Of a stretch of DNA of 47,921 bases, positions 47,341-47,921 are shown piece after piece. Positions within the stretch are counted from its first letter, which is position 1. Each line of letters begins with the position of its first letter. Position numbers and translations under genes: made by a program. The notes beneath the pieces were generated by a model. The model had not been told where the DNA came from. It ran no database searches and worked only from the letters and a program-made list of their open reading frames with translations. This stretch comes from Catajapyx aquilonaris (Eukaryota). The DNA lies in assembly GCA_000934665.2 (NCBI GenBank), contig KZ538855.1, positions 1 to 47,921 on the forward strand. Direction: 5' to 3'.

Positions 47341-47921
47341 ATAATAATATCCAATGAGATAACTAATAATTAATTATCCCTAATAAAATAACTGCTTCTA
47401 ATACTATTGCAAATCACAACTAATATTATCAACTGATATTGTTAATAGCCAAGGATAACTAATACGGTGAAACCTGTTAAGTTGGACACCATGATAATGT
47501 TGTTCACGTCCCTATATGTTGGACATTATTTTTGGAACCGCCAAAAAGCCTACACGCTGTAATGTTGCTAAGTTATTGGACACCTCTCTATCTTGCGAGT
47601 TGAGCGCTTGCCTTCATGCCTTCATGTCTTCATGAAGTGATATTGTCAACAATGGCAACATACTGACAACTGAGGATAATATGGTGACAGTGCAGTTGAA
47701 GTGCTGAAGCAGGTGTTGCAGGATACTCATCTAGAGTCAACTAATAGCCAACAATAATATTAGTTTTATTATTGGCTATTAATCGTAATGCTGATAATCA
47801 TTTGTTCATTCATCCATTCAAACGTATCCCACCAAAAACCTTTCTGTAAAAAAGGCCAAGTTCTCCTGACTGCTTGGCCGTCAAAAGTGGTGAGATCTGA
47901 AATACGGCCAAGTTCAACGTC

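Overview
Eukaryotic genomic DNA, most likely arthropod: many ~55-90 nt GT-AG introns, TCAKTY initiators and small DNA-transposon MITEs, with one 18-N gap at 1718-1735. Gene models were spliced by hand and checked for frame continuity. On the + strand, in order: a 4-exon secreted, Cys-rich lipocalin-like gene (877-3173); an F-box/LRR gene with an uninterrupted CDS (6778-7920); mitochondrial import receptor Tom22 (9131-10225); two recently duplicated F-box/LRR paralogs (11241-12609, 14516-15649); and two paralogous small single-pass membrane proteins with a 10-Cys ectodomain and PY and dileucine tail motifs (17782-18578, 19586-20324), the second frameshifted by a 16-bp tandem duplication. On the - strand, converging on these, is a 29-exon Dlg5 MAGUK gene (36734-23044, ~2,090 aa). 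37-48 kb is non-coding, probably Dlg5 upstream or intronic sequence, with MITEs and local repeats. The most interesting features are: (i) a ~3.3-kb tandem duplication whose junction appears to put the third F-box gene behind a copy of the upstream region and leader exon of the membrane-protein gene; (ii) the unusual granulin-like Cys-doublet receptor family with one tail-less copy; (iii) locally concentrated divergence between the F-box paralogs; (iv) a candidate 48-nt Dlg5 cassette exon. No prokaryotic-type system, CRISPR array, rRNA or tRNA was seen. No database searches were run.
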